Below the pieces are notes generated by a model, which saw only the letters and a list, made by a program, of their open reading frames with translations, was not told the origin of the DNA and ran no database searches. Position numbers and translations under genes: made by a program. 64,000 bases of DNA, taken from the NCBI RefSeq assembly GCF_006345805.1, contig NC_042998.1, positions 113,336,001-113,400,000 of the forward strand, read 5' to 3'. This DNA comes from Octopus sinensis. Its lineage: Eukaryota. Below are positions 1-15,187 of the stretch, piece after piece; the stretch's first letter is position 1, and every line of letters begins with the position of its first letter.

Positions 1-1714
1 AAACCATGCTAACTCAGACTGGAGTCTGGTGCAACGTACCAGCCTGGTCAAACCGTCCAACCTATGCCAGCATGGAGAACAGGCATTAAATGAGATACCC
101 TGCTCTCATCATACCACTATGGAAGGTGGATGTTAAATTATCATGATGATATGTATGTGCAGGTATCATTATCATCATCGTCGTTAACGTCCACTTTCCA
201 TGGTGGTATGGGTGGTATAACGAGAGGGTAGGCAGGAACCTGCACCAGGCTTCTGTGTCTGTTTTGGCATGGTTTTTACTGCTGGATTGCTTTCCTAACA
301 TCAACCACCCAGCAGATTGGACAGTGCTTTTTTACATGGCACAAGCATAGGCAAGGTCAGTTTTAGTGGTGGTTTTTACATCTGGATGCCCTTCCAAACA
401 CCAACCACTTTACAATATGGATCGAATGCTTTTTGTGTGGCACCAAACACTGGCAGTCACCAAGTCACTTACAAGACAAAGATCCTTTGGGAGGAGAGAG
501 GCATTGGAGATAGTGATCTTGTATGAGATGATGAAAAATGAAAGGTTTGAGTGAGACAGAAACAGGTGTCTTGCTGTATATCAGATACATGGTTACCTGG
601 CTACAGAGAGTGATCAGGAATGAGACAGAAGCAGGTGTGCTGCTGTAAAGGAGATACATGGCTATCCAGACTGATAGAAGTGCAAGAGAGGAGAAAGAGT
701 GCGGGAGAGAAATGGTGGCATACTCACAAGGAATGGGGATCAGAAAATAGATGGGATGTTTAGGTAAAGGAAGAGAGAGAGATAGATGGTGGAAAGTATG
801 GAGGTCATAACGTAAATCGCAGGGTATTGCTAAAGAAGCATAAGGGCCAAAAGTAGTGTAGTGACTGGTGAAAACCTGGGTATATAGTGGGGGTGGGGGA
901 CTATGGGATAAAAATGATACAGTGAACAGGGCTGTGAGAATAGAATTGAGAATGAGCAATAAGCATAGTGCATGAAAGAGGAAATATGAGGAAGAGATAT
1001 TGTTTGAATATATACATAAAGAGAAGTTGAAAATGCACTGATTTGTTTAAAGACTTAGCTGGTTTCACAGATTTTTCTAATTTTCAAAAATCAGAAGCAA
1101 GGCAGAATGAACCCCTGTGCATTTTCAACTTTTTTTTATATTTCTACCCATGTAGAATAAAATAACTTCTTTTATTTTGTTTTATATATATGTGTGTGTG
1201 TGTGTATAGACAAATTGCACTTAGAATTCCCTATTTAGAAGTCATTTTACTGCAGGATCCCTTTATTATCTGTGGTAATTAGGATTTTAAATATGACATC
1301 CATGTATAATGAAATTATGAAGATAGAATTAAGCACAAAAATGGCTTGAATATGCCTTTCCATCGGTAGGTCATTTTGTATTTTTTTACTATTTCTTGTG
1401 GATGCCTAAGTTTCTGGGGAAATGGTGAGTTAGAGGATACTTTATTGAAGAGGTCTTATAATACAAAAAACATAAGTTGACCCTTTCACTGCACTGTCCA
1501 CATATTATTTTTAATTTCTCTCCCCGTTCTTTTCTTTATTAGTATTCATTAAACTAATGAGGCTGTCTCCTACCACATCTAAAATTTTAATCAGTTAAAA
1601 TTACTTGAGTTACTACAATATGTTAGCACTGATTTATACATATATGTTGTGGCCATCCCTGTGGTTTTTTTTATTCTCCATTTTTGTCAAAATGTTATCT
1701 TTAACCCATTTCAG

Positions 1715-1773
1715 TTATGTTCGTACTGTTGTAAACAACACAGAGGAAGCTGATAATCCAGTGGATTCAGATG
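1715..1773 (+). CDS. IPO9: IPO9 exon (YVRTVVNNTEEADNPVDSD)
   Basis: tttcag acceptor, gtaagt donor; phase 2 to 1. Confidence 0.92.
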
Positions 1774-3491
1774 GTAAGTTAGATTATATTAGAACTGCAG
1801 TGAATGGTAGTTGAGTGAGCAACAAAAAATGTTTTCTACTGTTTACAGTCTTCATTAAATCAACCTGTAAACATTGGGAGACCTGGATAGTCCTAAATAT
1901 ATTTTCTTAGGAATGAGATGACACTTTTTAATAATATACATATTTTGTAACTTTATATATATATAAATGGAAACTTGATATGACTGGCCTATCTGTATTA
2001 TAGGTCTGCTGGATCAGGACTGGCCTGGGGTTACACAGGGGTGGGGAGGCACTCTTCCGCTTCATATAAAAAGTACAGTTTATGCATGAAGATGATGTAA
2101 GGAAAGGGATGCTACATTGTAATATGTATTCATTGACTTCCTGCTAATCATTTAATCAGAGAAAGGCATGTCTATGATCCTTTATAGGGCCTCAGAGATT
2201 TGTGGGAAGGAATCCTCAATCTGGAGACCTAGCCCAAATACTTGAAACAGTGGACTTCACTAAAAGCATACAAGAATTAGATAGTGGTGTCACACTGAGC
2301 AATGGATTAAATATGCTATGCTTGTGGGCCATAGCAAGATTTGAACTCAATGCAAAGAGCCAAAACAAATACCACAAAAGCATTGCTGATACTCTGACAT
2401 TTCCACCAGTCCACCACTGTAAACTAATTCTCCATCTATCAAGATGAAATGCTAAGGTGCCAGAATAAATATTGCATGGCTTTTGCCCGACACTCAAACA
2501 CTGCCAGTTCACTGAGATTTGTAGAAAAAATAATTCAGCAAATAGTCTTTCAATAATTTGAACTTTGATCTGAATATGATGGACTAGTTAGTCATTCTTT
2601 GATGGCCTATATCTCCCCCCCACCTTTTTTTTTGTTACATTCTTCTTTCTCATTAATTGTATGGGTTGGAGAGGTTTCCAATAACCTATTGTTCCAGATC
2701 TCTTGTTTCAATGACACTTTGGTGTTTGTTTCAGCATCATTTCAACTATCACGTGTAAAGGCAAGGACACGTGTGTTTATGTACATACACAATGTGCTTC
2801 TTTGTGTCTGTCTACCAAATCCACTTGCAAGGCTTTAGTAGACCTTGGGCTCTAGTACAAGACATTTTCCCAAAGTACCTTGCAATTATATTAGACCCAA
2901 AACCAGACCAATGTGGATGGGAAGCAAACTTCTCAACCACACAGCCATACCTTTGCAATTATATTATCAAGGACACTTCTGCCTAGTTACTTCATCTGTT
3001 CACTGTTATCATTTCTCTCATTGGCTAATGAGTTTCTCTATTGGTTGCTATACTTATTTTTAGCAGTCATACCCTACTGTCTAATAAGTGGAAGGCTATA
3101 TTGGATAACAGTTATAGATACACTGAAGTAAAAAAAAAATTTTAAACTGGTATTTGAAGGAAATTACATGGTCAAGGCTAGAATGCCTTTTGATCATGTC
3201 AGCTCTGTCGGAATTAATATGGGGTTAAACAGTGTCTCTCAACATGTTAGAAGTAGTAGTTCCAACACCCTCAAACACACCCTATATTTAAAAAAAAGAC
3301 ACAATGACTAATGCAATCTGGAGACATTCCTGAAAAGGAAAAAAGTGGGATAGCCATGGCTTGAATGCTTTTAATCCTAAATCAGTTCTGATCAAGTAGA
3401 TAGATGAAACAGCAGCAGCTAGTTATTGTTAATAATTTTGTGGTCAGCTTATCCTTATTTTATAAAGTATGTTTGTTTTATTTTTCATCAG

Positions 3492-3643
3492 GTGAAGTTC
3501 TGGGATTTGAAAACCTAGTTTATAGTGTCTTTGAATTTGTATTGGGTCTTTTGGAGACTGTGCGCTTTCGAGCTACTGTGAGGAAGTCATGTAATGAAAT
3601 ATTGTACTACATGATACTCTACATGCAAATCACAGAGGATCAA
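3492..3643 (+). CDS. IPO9: IPO9 exon ([17 protein letters not shown]...YMQITEDQ)
   Basis: catcag/gtatgt; near-identical to recalled IPO9; phase 1 to 0. Confidence 0.95.
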
Positions 3644-5061
3644 GTATGTAACTTCTTTTTCTTTAAGTTTTATTTATTTATTGCATTATATTGTGAGCTG
3701 TATGGGTTTTGGAGTGGGGTGGGGTTTAAACATTAATTATACTTTGTGTGTGTGTGTGTGTGTGTGTAATACTTTAGTTGAAAGAAGAGCAGTGCCTATG
3801 ATGACTCACAGGGTTTTGGGTTCAGTCCTACTGCATGGTACCAAGACAGGTCAGAAGAAATTACTCTTTCAAGAGGTCTGAATGAATGCTAGCAATGAAG
3901 TGGACTCAGACAGCAAAGGACTGGAGTTTTATTAAACCAGGTGACCACTTAAGTTGAAGATAGTTACCAACTATCAAATGTTAACTAAAAGTGTTACTAT
4001 GCAGTTGCAGATTCTTTGGCCACATAACCGAAGCTGCACTCTGGTGTTACAATGTAAATAATTCATCAGTTGACTAAGTTTTATTTAGCTCTGAAGTTCA
4101 TTACTGATGTTAGCTATAGGCATGTAGATCAAATTTCACTGCCTTCATGACTTATTTCATGACTTAAAAGTAATGTAATCAGTGCTGTGTGAACAGTGTA
4201 ATATTTAACATGTGATGGTGCTTTTGTTTGGTTTTACTTTTTTTCCCATCTAAACTATACTGTCTATAGCTGGATGCTTTTCCTGTTGCTAACCCTTGAC
4301 TGTTTTCCAAATAGTTTTTTTTGTTTTTTCTGCTGGTTCTCACTGAACCTTGAAAGCTGAAACTATAGAATTTTTTGCTTACTGGAGATTGTAAACAGAT
4401 GGTATTAATGTGGACACATGGAATGGGAACATAGAGTGCTTCCTGGTGAGCTACTGGGGCAGAAGACCACTGACCAGCGTCTAGATTACTGGTATCAGCA
4501 GTTAAGATTTAATCTTTTAAAAATAGAGCTATGCCACACCAAACTTGACAATCCTTTCTTTAATCATGAAGTTGTGGATAGTCTGCTGATGCAGATTAGT
4601 CCCTTTACCAGAGAAGAGGTGAAAGAAATTTGAAAATGTCTACACTTCTACAAACTTTTGTTGACTTCTGTAATGAGACCTATGAAGGAAACAAACTAAT
4701 TGCTTTCTTCATTGTTTACCATATGTTTTCCATGCTGGCATGGTTTAAATGGCCTGACAGGAGCTGTGCAGACTCCAATTGTTTCTTGTGGTGTGGTTTC
4801 TATGGTTGGATGCCTTTCTTAATGCCAACCACTTTACAGAGTGTGCTGGGTACTTTTTATGTGCCATCGGAATTGGTGTGTTTATGCAGTGCTTGCACAA
4901 ATGCATTTTATGTAACGGATGAACTTTGTGTCTCAAAACTAGAGGAACTATGCTCACCTCTAACCTCGCAGGTCTACAACTTTGTTCCTTAACTTTTTAA
5001 CATTGAAAATAATTTTCCAAGACTTATAACAATTGAGCATTAAAAAATGCCTTAATATCTC

Positions 5062-5432
5062 TTTTACTTGTTTCAGTCACTTGACTGCGACCATCCTGGA
5101 GCACCACCTTTAGTCGAGCAAATCGACCCTGGGACTTATTCTTTGTAAGCCCAGTACTTATTCTATCGGTCTCTTTTGCCCAACCGCTAAGTGACGGGGA
5201 TGTAAACACACCAGCATCGGCTGTCAAGCAATGCTAGGGGGACAAACACACACACACATATATATATACATATATACAATAGGCTTCTTTCAGTTTCCGT
5301 CTACCAAATCCACTCACAAGGCATTGGTCGGCCCGGGGCTATAGCAGAAGACACTTGCCCAAGATGCCACGCAGTGGGACTGAACCCGGAACCATGTGGT
5401 TGGTTAGCAAGCTACTTACCACACAGCCACTC
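5062..5432 (-). mobile_element. tRNA-headed SINE (family A); further copies at ~24790-25155(-), 37665-38020(+), 54960-55350(-)
   Basis: Reverse strand starts GGAGTGGCTGTGTGGTAAG (A-box-like) ... GGTTCAGTCCC (B-box-like), has an internal CA/TA microsatellite and an ACTGAAACAAGTAAAAGA tail; many dispersed copies. Confidence 0.8.
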
Positions 5433-6182
5433 CTTAGGTTTTTTTTATTTATTCTAGTGCTCCTAGTGCTTTTACTTGTCAGATTGTGAAAATTGTTAAG
5501 AGTTAATAGAATTTCCTCTCCTGTTAATAATCTCACTCTTCCACAAGGCAGATAAATGCTACTGTATCTCCTTGCCTTTAGAGGAATCGTAGTTTGGGCC
5601 ACTATTGCTATTTCTGTGAAAGTAGGAATACTATTGCTGGTATATAAATGTTTTGCATCATATCCAAAAAGTTCGACTGATTGACACTAATTCGCTCAAT
5701 AACTTGGCACACTGTCACAAGGTTTCCTCCTTTTGCATTTTTCACCACTGACTGCAACTGCTTCTCTGATCTAGTTAAGTTCCTAGCTTCTCCACACAGG
5801 CCTACTCATCTCTCATTCTTATCCTTTCACTCCAGATACCCCTGCACAAAACATTTTGTCCACTCCTTTCTCTCCAGAACAGAAACCTTTGGAAATTCCT
5901 TCTCTCTCCTTTTCCTGCAAATGTTGACATTGAATGTTCAAAACAAAACATGCTCTACATCAATTTTACAAGACAGGCTGCACATGAAAAGTTTAGACAC
6001 TTACTTCTTCCTCCTCTTCCTAACCAATTCTTGTTTTAGCTGAGTGAACAACAAAGCCAATACTGCAGGTTAGATACCGTATGATAATATTTATGTTGTG
6101 CTATTGTATATTCTTAAATTCTAAGTGTCATAGATGTGACTAATTTTTTCTTACACACAGCTTCTTTTACCATTTTAAATAG

Positions 6183-6281
6183 GTGCGGTTATGGAGCGGT
6201 GATCCTGATCAGTTTGTGGAAGATGAAGATGATGATACATTTTCCTATTCTGTTAGAATATCTGCACAAGATTTGTTGTTG
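6183..6281 (+). CDS. IPO9: IPO9 exon ([33 protein letters not shown])
   Basis: aaatag acceptor, weak gttggt donor; conserved [12 protein letters not shown]; phase 0 to 0. Confidence 0.93.
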
Positions 6282-6559
6282 GTTGGTTTTCCTACTTGTA
6301 ATTATTTTCTTGAAATGTTCTTTAACTCTGTTTCTGCTAACAATGTGTAACTTACCATTATCTTATCACTCAGAAATATAAACTAAGTTTCTCAGTCCCT
6401 TTTCTGTTGCAAGCATAAACTATGTTCCCTTCTTTTTATTCATTTTCACTTTCCTGTTTAACTGAAACCTTTTCCTTTTGTCTCTTTCTTCCCCATTTCC
6501 TCCTCTACTTATCCCCTTTTGTTCTTTTTTTTCTATATATTGTTTCCCTTCCTTTACAG

Positions 6560-6666
6560 TCCCTTGCTGCTGAGTTTCCTAATGAAAGTGCCCCAGCGCT
6601 ATGTCAAGCCTTTACCCAACACATACAACAGGCAGAGCTTGACAAAAATGCTGGTAATCCCAATTG
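6560..6666 (+). CDS. IPO9: IPO9 exon (SLAAEFPNESAPALCQ...AGNPNW)
   Basis: Long pyrimidine tract + ttacag, gtagga donor; phase 0 to 2. Confidence 0.92.
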
Positions 6667-7316
6667 GTAGGAATTAAAAATTTTTTTCGTTAAAAAATTT
6701 TTATTATTTAAACCATATTGAGAGTGAATGATCAGTTGACATACTGACCACCTAAAATCATGATTTAGAATTCTGCTTATATAACTGTTTGCATGTAATG
6801 TACACTGTCCCTGTCTTCATATCTGGTGTGCTTGGACCATTGAGTACTTACAAACATCCATAAATTTAGTCATGCAGTTGGTTGAGACTTGGCTCACACC
6901 AATGCTTGAGTATGACCTGCATTATGGCATTGCTCACATTTACATAGCATTAATATTATTACTATTAATGTACTAAGATTCACTAATTACACTGTAATTC
7001 TGTGTCTCTCTTACCTTTATTACAACACCCTCAACTCACAAACCAGTCATCTGTAATACCTTTTCTACTCAGGCCCACTTGTCTCTCCTCCTCTATTCTT
7101 TTATTAAACACTTTGCCCAATCCTTCTCTGCAGAACTGAACTACTCTCAAAGTGTATATTTTTACTACTGTTATCAGTGTCTAAATGCTCCAACTGCACA
7201 TCCTCATTAGTTCTGGAAGAGCCTACAACAGTTATGGGCATTGTTGCTCCTCCTCTAACTTATGAAACAATAACATAGGAAGACAATTTACATTTTGTTT
7301 AACCTTGTTCTTGCAG

Positions 7317-7459
7317 GTGGAAAGTTCATGAGTCATGTCTGTTGGCTTTAGGCAGTGTTCGTAATCTATTTGTTGATTATTTGAAAAAAGGGAAACTACA
7401 GTTTGACATCAAACACTTTATCGAATCTGTGATCCTTGCAGACATGGCAGCTGAGTCAG
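7317..7459 (+). CDS. IPO9: IPO9 exon (WKVHESCLLALGSVR...ILADMAAES)
   Basis: ttgcag/gtaact; matches WKIHEACMLALGSV; phase 2 to 1. Confidence 0.94.
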
Positions 7460-9839
7460 GTAACTTTCATATATATTCTTCGCTTCATCGTTATTGTATA
7501 TTCTTATTTGTTACATCTTATCTCTTAACATTCTACTTTCTTTTTAAAATATTTTCTTCAATATGCAAATATTGTAAAATTGCATAAACTCTGGGTGTGT
7601 GGTGTGCATGCGTGCATGCATTTTAAAAACATTTCTTTCTACTAAAGTATGAGTTCACCTTATCACTTACTTGTATTCATCAAGGTTCCACATTTAAGGT
7701 TGTGTTTTATGGCCTGATGCATTTCCTAACATCAAACCCTATTTTAAAATCAATATATACAATATCTGTTATAATATGAAATAATTGTTGAGTTACTTAG
7801 TGTCACATCTAATGTAATTTGTTTTTAGTCCCAGGTCTGCCTTGAACCCACAGACCCATAATCAAAGGTGTTCCAACCATGAGCATCCTTTTATTTTATA
7901 TCTAAAATTATATGATCTAATGGCTTTTCTTTTTCTTTAATGGTAGGGTTTTTGATTTGAAGATTTTGAATGACTGCGCCTCTTTGGCTTGTATCCTATT
8001 TACTTTTACTCTATTCTTTAGTATAAGTGAATAAAATTAGTAATCTGAAGAAAGTAGTGATGGTGTGTGTTTGCATCAGTTAGTGAACAAGAATTTGAAG
8101 TTAAATTGCCTCACAGCAATTCAACTTCTGTAAGAATTTGGAAGAGAGAGACAATGTTAAGCTTTGGCTGTTGGCATGTGGAAGAGAAAGAATGAAACTG
8201 GAAGGAGAGAGAGTGAGAGGTGGTGTAGATGTGTTAGGTGATGGAAGTGGGGATGGGGGATAAAGAAAAGGTGAAAGCTGTTAAAGTTGAAGCTTAAACA
8301 AGATCAGAGTAGAGGTCAAGTGAATATAATGGAAAACGACTGGTAGAGGAAACAGGATCAATGCTGTGTGTTGAAATGGAGATGGTTGAAGACAATTGTG
8401 TAGTAAGAATGACTGAAAATCAATTAGTTGTAATACTATAAACTTCACATGTCTTATCAGGGGACATATTTTACAATTTGTTTTGAAATTTAGAATTTGC
8501 TGACAATTTTCTTTGCCCTAATATTTAGTATTCCAAATGCTCTACTGAGGTAGTTTAACTTGGCCATATTGATAATTTCTAGATGCAGCTTTGCTCCTGC
8601 TAATTGCCACTGCCACTATCCTTCCTTCATCTTTATCTTTGCTTAAAGCTTTGGCTCATAATCTGCCCTCTCCTATTTATATATCTTTCTTTCTCTTTCA
8701 CTCCATTCTGTTTTTCATTTACTGGTTTTCAATCAAAGCCACACCACTTTCTCTCTTTACTCCTCATAACAGTTGAATTTTGCAAACTGTCAAGGAAAAT
8801 CATCATCATTGTTTAAACGTCCACCTTCCAACCTGGCATGGATTGGATGGTTTGACAGGAGCCTGCACCAGACTTCTGTGCCTGTTTTTGCACGGTTTTA
8901 ACACCAACCATATTACTACGAGTTTATTATCTAGTTTATTCTGATCCTCTAATTCCAATATTTGTGAGTTTGGTTCGACCATATCCCTAATATTCTCCCT
9001 GTTCTCTTAGCAGTGTGAAAGTAACAACCCCACCACTTCTATAAAACTAATATTTTCCAAGTCACAAGGCTTTATAAGGCAGGTAGTTATTTCTGCTTTT
9101 CAACAGATGAGATGAAACTTTCAGGGCAAGATACTAGCCTGTTGTAGTTAGACTTCCCTATTAAAGAAACTAAACTCAGCACTACAAGCCAATGAAACAC
9201 TTAATTTTATCGTGCTGCCACTATCTACAATGGTAAAGTATACTCTGACTCCTGCTGTATCTAGAGTTAGGTGAACTCGGGGCCAGGACACATTGCAGCA
9301 CTTCAATTTTTGTTGGTTGTCCAGTATTAGTCAATATGTGCTCTTAAATAAATGAGGTTATTGTCTGAAGGATTCCATCCACCTGTCTTCTCTGCCCAAT
9401 ATTCCTGGGAGGGTTGTTGGAGTAGATTCCTCGGGCACTTCATCTATAGGGTCCTATCAGAAGCAACTGTACACTTTCTTGGTTTACCCCTAGGTCTCCT
9501 CCTGGTTGGCTTGGATAGAAGAATCCATCTTGTGATTCTTTCCTGCAACATTCTAATCACATGTCCATAGTACTAGATTAAGACTTCTAATGTCAATCCA
9601 AGACTTTAATTTGTAGAAATGTCTGAGGAAAGATTTTGGTTGTTTTTGAGATTTTCTTGGCTGATTTGAATTTGGGTTGATAAAAACTCAGACATTATGA
9701 CAAGTGATATTAAATGATAATAAACAGTGATTAACTATGTGTAAAGTATATGTAAAGAATGAAATGATCGTTAAAAATTATTTCAGACACTCTTTGTTCT
9801 AAATATTTGACATCTTTTTATATTTTTACCTCTCTGTAG

Positions 9840-9918
9840 TGTCACCGTTCTTGATTGGTCGTTGTCTTTGGACTGGCAGTAGGTTTGCTGCAGTCATGGA
9901 TAATGAAACCATGGACAA
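9840..9918 (+). CDS. IPO9: IPO9 exon (VSPFLIGRCLWTGSRFAAVMDNETMD)
   Basis: ctgtag/gtgagt; matches SPFLLGRALWAASRF; phase 1 to 2. Confidence 0.93.
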
Positions 9919-12794
9919 GTGAGTATTCTTTAATGTTTTGTATGAATGTAAGAACGACAGTTCTGGAAGAATCCATCTTGCTGCTTTATTTTTTAAAATG
10001 ATAAAATTTTGTAAATACATCAAAAGCTTTTCAAAAACGTCTTTCATCCAAAGATTCTTAGTTTTCATCCCATAAAAATCAAATGGAAATTGTAGTTGTG
10101 ATACCCGTGCTGGTGGCATGTAGAAAGCACCATCTGAATGTGGCCGATGCCAGCGCTGCCTTGACTGGCTTCCGTGCTGGTAGCATGTAAAAAGCACCCA
10201 CTACACTCATGTAGTGGTTGGTGTTAGGAAGGGCATCCAGCTGTAGAAACACTGCCAGATCAGACTGGAGCCTGGTGCAGCTTCCTGGCTTCCAGACCCC
10301 AGTTGAACTGTTCAACCCATGCTAGCATGGAAAACGGACATTAAACGATGATGATAATGATTTCTGTATACCTGATTGTAAATAGCAACAAAGATTAATG
10401 ATTAGTTTTGTAAACTCACTAGTTGAGTAAGGAGAAGTTCTTGCAAATTTCTATCTTGATTTTGTTATGTGAAGTTGGAGAACCACTTTAACTGCTTTGT
10501 CAACTGAAACAATCTTGTAATCTAGATGGATTTTTGTTTCAGTGACAAAATGTCCAATAGTTGTTATAAGGATTGTCATAGGAATATTAAATATGAAACA
10601 TTTTATCAATACAAGGCTTATGTATTAGCAGAACTGCTAATTCATTAGACACAATGCATTAAGCACTGTCTTAAACAATAACACATTAGGTAATCTTACT
10701 TCTCGATAAGCTATAAGATGGCTGTGGTTGGAATGCTTTTGATCAATAGGTTCATGGTGGTTGGCTTAAGGTTAAACAGTTTACTGATATATTCAATATA
10801 GTACTTAAAATTTCCCTCCTAAATAATAAACAAAATCTTTCATATTTACAGCATAATGTGTACATATTTGAGAAGACATTAAAACGAAATTCATTTTTTT
10901 ATTTTACTTACAATGGTTGGATTAATATTTAAAGAATCATCATTTGATCTCCATCTTCCATGTTGGCATGTTGAGAAAAAAATACATTTCCTTAGGAATA
11001 ACACTATAAAGAGATTTGAGCTCAGAATGTAAAAGGTTATAACCAGGAACTGTATTGTTTGGCTGAGATCAGCTTTGCTTGTCCTTCCAGGGTCAATAGA
11101 CTAAAGTACCAGTGAAGTACTAAACTTAATATGACAATGCCCTTTCCCCCCAATCCATGCCCTAATTTTAAACTCATTTGTCTAAATTAATCAATATTCC
11201 TGATTTAGATATTACATCATCGTTTAATGTCTACTTTCCATGCTGGACCGTTTGATATGGAGTTGGCTAGCAAAGCTGTCCAGACTCCGATTTTCTGTTC
11301 AAAGAAGTAGACTACAATATCACTGGAAATAGAGGGCTATATTTATTGAATGATACAGTTATGGAGACCCACATACAAAACTTGAAGTCCTGTGTGTGAG
11401 TCTCTATAACTGTAGCATTCAATAAATATTTACAATTTTACTGTTTCTATTGGTTTGATCTCAGATTGCCATTAGATTTAAGCTTGGATGTATACTTTGT
11501 AACAGATTTGAAACAGAAACCTGTTTCTAAGCATGATATTCTAAGGAAATGCTAATTTTTTTTTTTTTTTAACTTTCTTTTAATCTTTGTGTAAAAATCA
11601 AATTTTAATGTTTTCTAAAGTATGTACATTTCATATATAAATCTGAAAGTTTTGTTTTTAGGAAGGAATTATGAAGCTTTCCAGCTATGGCAGTTTTTAT
11701 TTAGCATATTTAGAATTACTTTACTCAGTATGCCTGTAAGACTGTGGTTTGATTTGAGGTTATTTGGTTGCCTTATACAAGAAATAGGTTTCTTCAAATC
11801 AGTCCTGACCTGAATGCTCTCTACAGGGTGGAATCCATTAAAGGTGCCACCTGATGGATTAAACAAACCTCCCAAGTAGGCCATAAGGGAATTGTTTTGG
11901 TCTATTTTTTCTCAGCTTCTTTTTTTTCTTATTCAACACTCCTTACTTTCAAAAGTAATTAGTCCCTCTTTGATGATGAATCTCCAGCATTTCTCTTTGT
12001 TCTCATTATTAATATTATATATTTCAGGTCATCTTTGACTCTTTTCTTTGGCCCACCTCTTCGTTTTTGTTTTAGTTGGGAGACATTTTGTTTTCGGACC
12101 TCAATTGGGCAAGATTGAAAAGCTTGCCATTGGTTCGATAATTTCAATTCCTGATAGACGATCATCCTTGATGATTTCAAAGATGGTGGCAATAAAGATT
12201 GAAAAACATTTGCACTATGATGATCCTTGTTTTACTCTTGATTTTACTTGAAATGGTTCAATCACTGTTTTTGATTAGAACCCTCACATGTCATGGAAAT
12301 GCTGAAGGATCCGAATGTATTTATCAGGGCATCCATTCAGACTATGGAAACTATTGGGGAATTTCCTTGTTAGCAACTGCAGGAAAGATCCTGTCCTGTA
12401 GACATCTTGTTTGTTACATCCAGCAAGTAATGAGAAAGCTTCGGGAATATTCCAATAAAATGCTTTATTTTTCTAAGTGAAGGTATATGTATTTGTACAC
12501 TGTTAATATTTATTTGTTGTTTTTTTAAGGAGTGAACTGGCAGAATCATTAGCATGCTGGGCAAAATACTTAACAGTATTTTGTCCATCTGTACATTCTG
12601 AGTTCAAATTCCGCCAAGGTCCACTTTGCCTTTCATCCTTTCACTCGATGAAATAAGTACCAGTTGAGCCCTGGGGTTGATGTAATCAACTTACTCCCTC
12701 CCCTAAACTTGCTGATGTGTCAAAATTTGAAACCAATATTTTTTGTTTGTTTTTATTATGTCAATTTAAAGTAATTTTTTTTTAATTTTGTTAG

Positions 12795-13023
12795 ATTTCT
12801 GCAGGCTACCATGACTGGTTTACATCCCAATCAACCAGCTAGTGTTAGAATTTCTGCTGTTAGAGCAGTCTTTGGATTTTGTGAACATCTAAAGAACACT
12901 GGCACCACACAGCTTTTGTTCAACTTCCTCCCAAACATCATGGAAGGTCTTCTCACAATTACAACACAGTTTTCGTCGAATGTTTTAGCACTTACGTTGG
13001 AAACTCTTATACTTGTGTTGGCA
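12795..13023 (+). CDS. IPO9: IPO9 exon (FLQATMTGLHPNQPASVRISAVRA...LETLILVLA)
   Basis: tgttag/gtgagt; phase 2 to 0. Confidence 0.95.
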
Positions 13024-14374
13024 GTGAGTACTTTATTATTTAGTCTGTGTTGCTTGAATTGGATTTTAAGTAGAATTTAGGCTTGCTTTTTTTTATATAT
13101 GACTTGTGGCCTTTTTTCAAGGTCTCTAACTGACTGCAAAGAAGGAATTTCTTCAAACTGGAGACTTGGCTCAAATGCTTGCAATAGTTTGAATATATCT
13201 ACCACCCCAAAATATGAACAGTCCTCCTAACAGGCTTCCACAGTCTCTGTCTACCAAATTTCAATCAAGGATTTGCTAATTTTGAAACTATTGTAAAAAT
13301 TTGGTCATGGTGCTCTGCAATGACATTGAACCCAAAATCACATAGTTGCAAAGTGAACTTCTTAACTACACATTCTTGTTTGTGCCCAATTTCAAAAAAA
13401 AAAATACAGTTTTAATCTATTTAATTTGCTTGTTCAACCCTATAGAATAAGGTTTGATCTTGGAGATATAACAATCAATATAAAATATTTTTAAAAAGGT
13501 TATTTTTAAGATATTTTGCATTCAGTGAAAAGTTTACTCTTATATTTTGATTCCTTTGAAAATTTGACACCTACAAAAATAGGAATATTCCATATATTTT
13601 TTAAGACTGGTAAAGTTCTTAGTGCTTGACATTGAAACAGGCTGTATCCAGTTTCTACTATAATATTGCTGCAAACTTTCTGCATCAATGTCTGTTAACA
13701 CATTGTCTCTTTGCTGTGATTTGGTGAGTTTATCTGCCATACAGTGACCAAGAACCTCTCATCATTTGTTTGAGATGAACATCAACCACATTAACATTTG
13801 TATGTGGTTAAGCAGTTTACTTAACCTTATGGTTTTGGCTTCAGTCCCACTGTCTGGCAACTTGGACATGTCTTCTACTATAGCGCTGGGTTGACCAATG
13901 ACTTGAGAGAATTTGGTAGATAGAACCTGAATGAAACTCATTGTGTGTGCATGTATATTTCTGTGTGAATGCTTACAACAAACACTGAACTGTGGTGTTT
14001 AATGACATTTCCTGTCTACATATTAACTGCTTGCCCACTGTTTTTGGATACTTTAGAATAAAATATGAAACTTCTTACTTGAAAAATGTTGGTGACAGAA
14101 AGAGCATCCAGCTGTAAAAATCATGCCTTGATTATGTCTGGCACAAGCTAGCATGGAATAACAGCATCAAATGAACAAATTCAGAAAAGCAACATGTGAA
14201 AGAGATAAATTTATTTGAATTTAAAAAGTTACCAAGCAAATACAATTCTGAAAAAAAAATCATTGATTTAATTTTGATCATTCCAAATTTTACCTGGCAA
14301 ACACTTAGTTTTTCACAGAAAACCCATATTCTCTTGTGTTTTCTGTTATACTCAGCTTTGCTTCTCTATTTCAG

Positions 14375-14453
14375 ATTGATGATAATTTTACAGCTAGTGT
14401 AGAGTGTAAAGTCACTCCATTAACCATTGCAGTTTTCCTCAAATATAGTAGTG
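14375..14453 (+). CDS. IPO9: IPO9 exon (IDDNFTASVECKVTPLTIAVFLKYSS)
   Basis: tttcag/gtacgt; phase 0 to 1. Confidence 0.93.
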
Positions 14454-15187
14454 GTACGTATTCATTCTTTTTTCTTAGCTGTTTCTTTTTAATACTTTCT
14501 AGTCATTGTCATCATGGTTAAGAAACTTGCTTGGTTGTATATTATACTTATGCACAAACCCGGAGTTCAGTCCCACTGCATGGCACCTTGGGCAACTGTT
14601 TGCTACTATATCCCCAAGCCAACCCAAATCTTAATGGATTTGATAGACAAAAACTGAATTTTGTTATCTGTGTGTACTTGTACCCTTGCTTAGTGAGGCT
14701 GTTTGTTTCTAGTCTTACATGAGAAACTTATCTGTGGGAAAATTTGGAAGTGAATTTGTATTTTGTACTTTTCTATTTAATAGTGCAATTTTTACAGGGT
14801 CCCAATGGGCTAATTATTGTTCACTGAATTTCTGACAATAGTGACAAGGGAGTGTTTGTAACTTTATGCAAGAAATTTTGAAAAGCCTCAGTTTTCCACT
14901 TTTCTCACCAATATATTCCAAGATATTTGCGTGCATGTCTTTCATATGTTCCCTTTCCCCTGCTGATTTGAGTTGGAGGGGATTTTTGGAAGTGTCCCTC
15001 TCAACACTAACACTTTCAATTGCCTCCTTTGACTCTTGTGCATGTGTATAATATACATAGGGCTTTTTTAGTTTTTGCCTACCAAATTCCACTCGAAATG
15101 TATTGATCAACCCAAGGCTATAATTGTAAACACTCAAGGAAAGGAATCCAATTCACCCACATGGTTGCAAAGTGAATCTCTTATCTA

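Noticed and set aside
465-959. 164-aa ORF and the many other 60-160 aa ORFs in introns and intergenic DNA
   Set aside because: Low-complexity or antisense-to-repeat translations without recognisable motifs or splice consistency.
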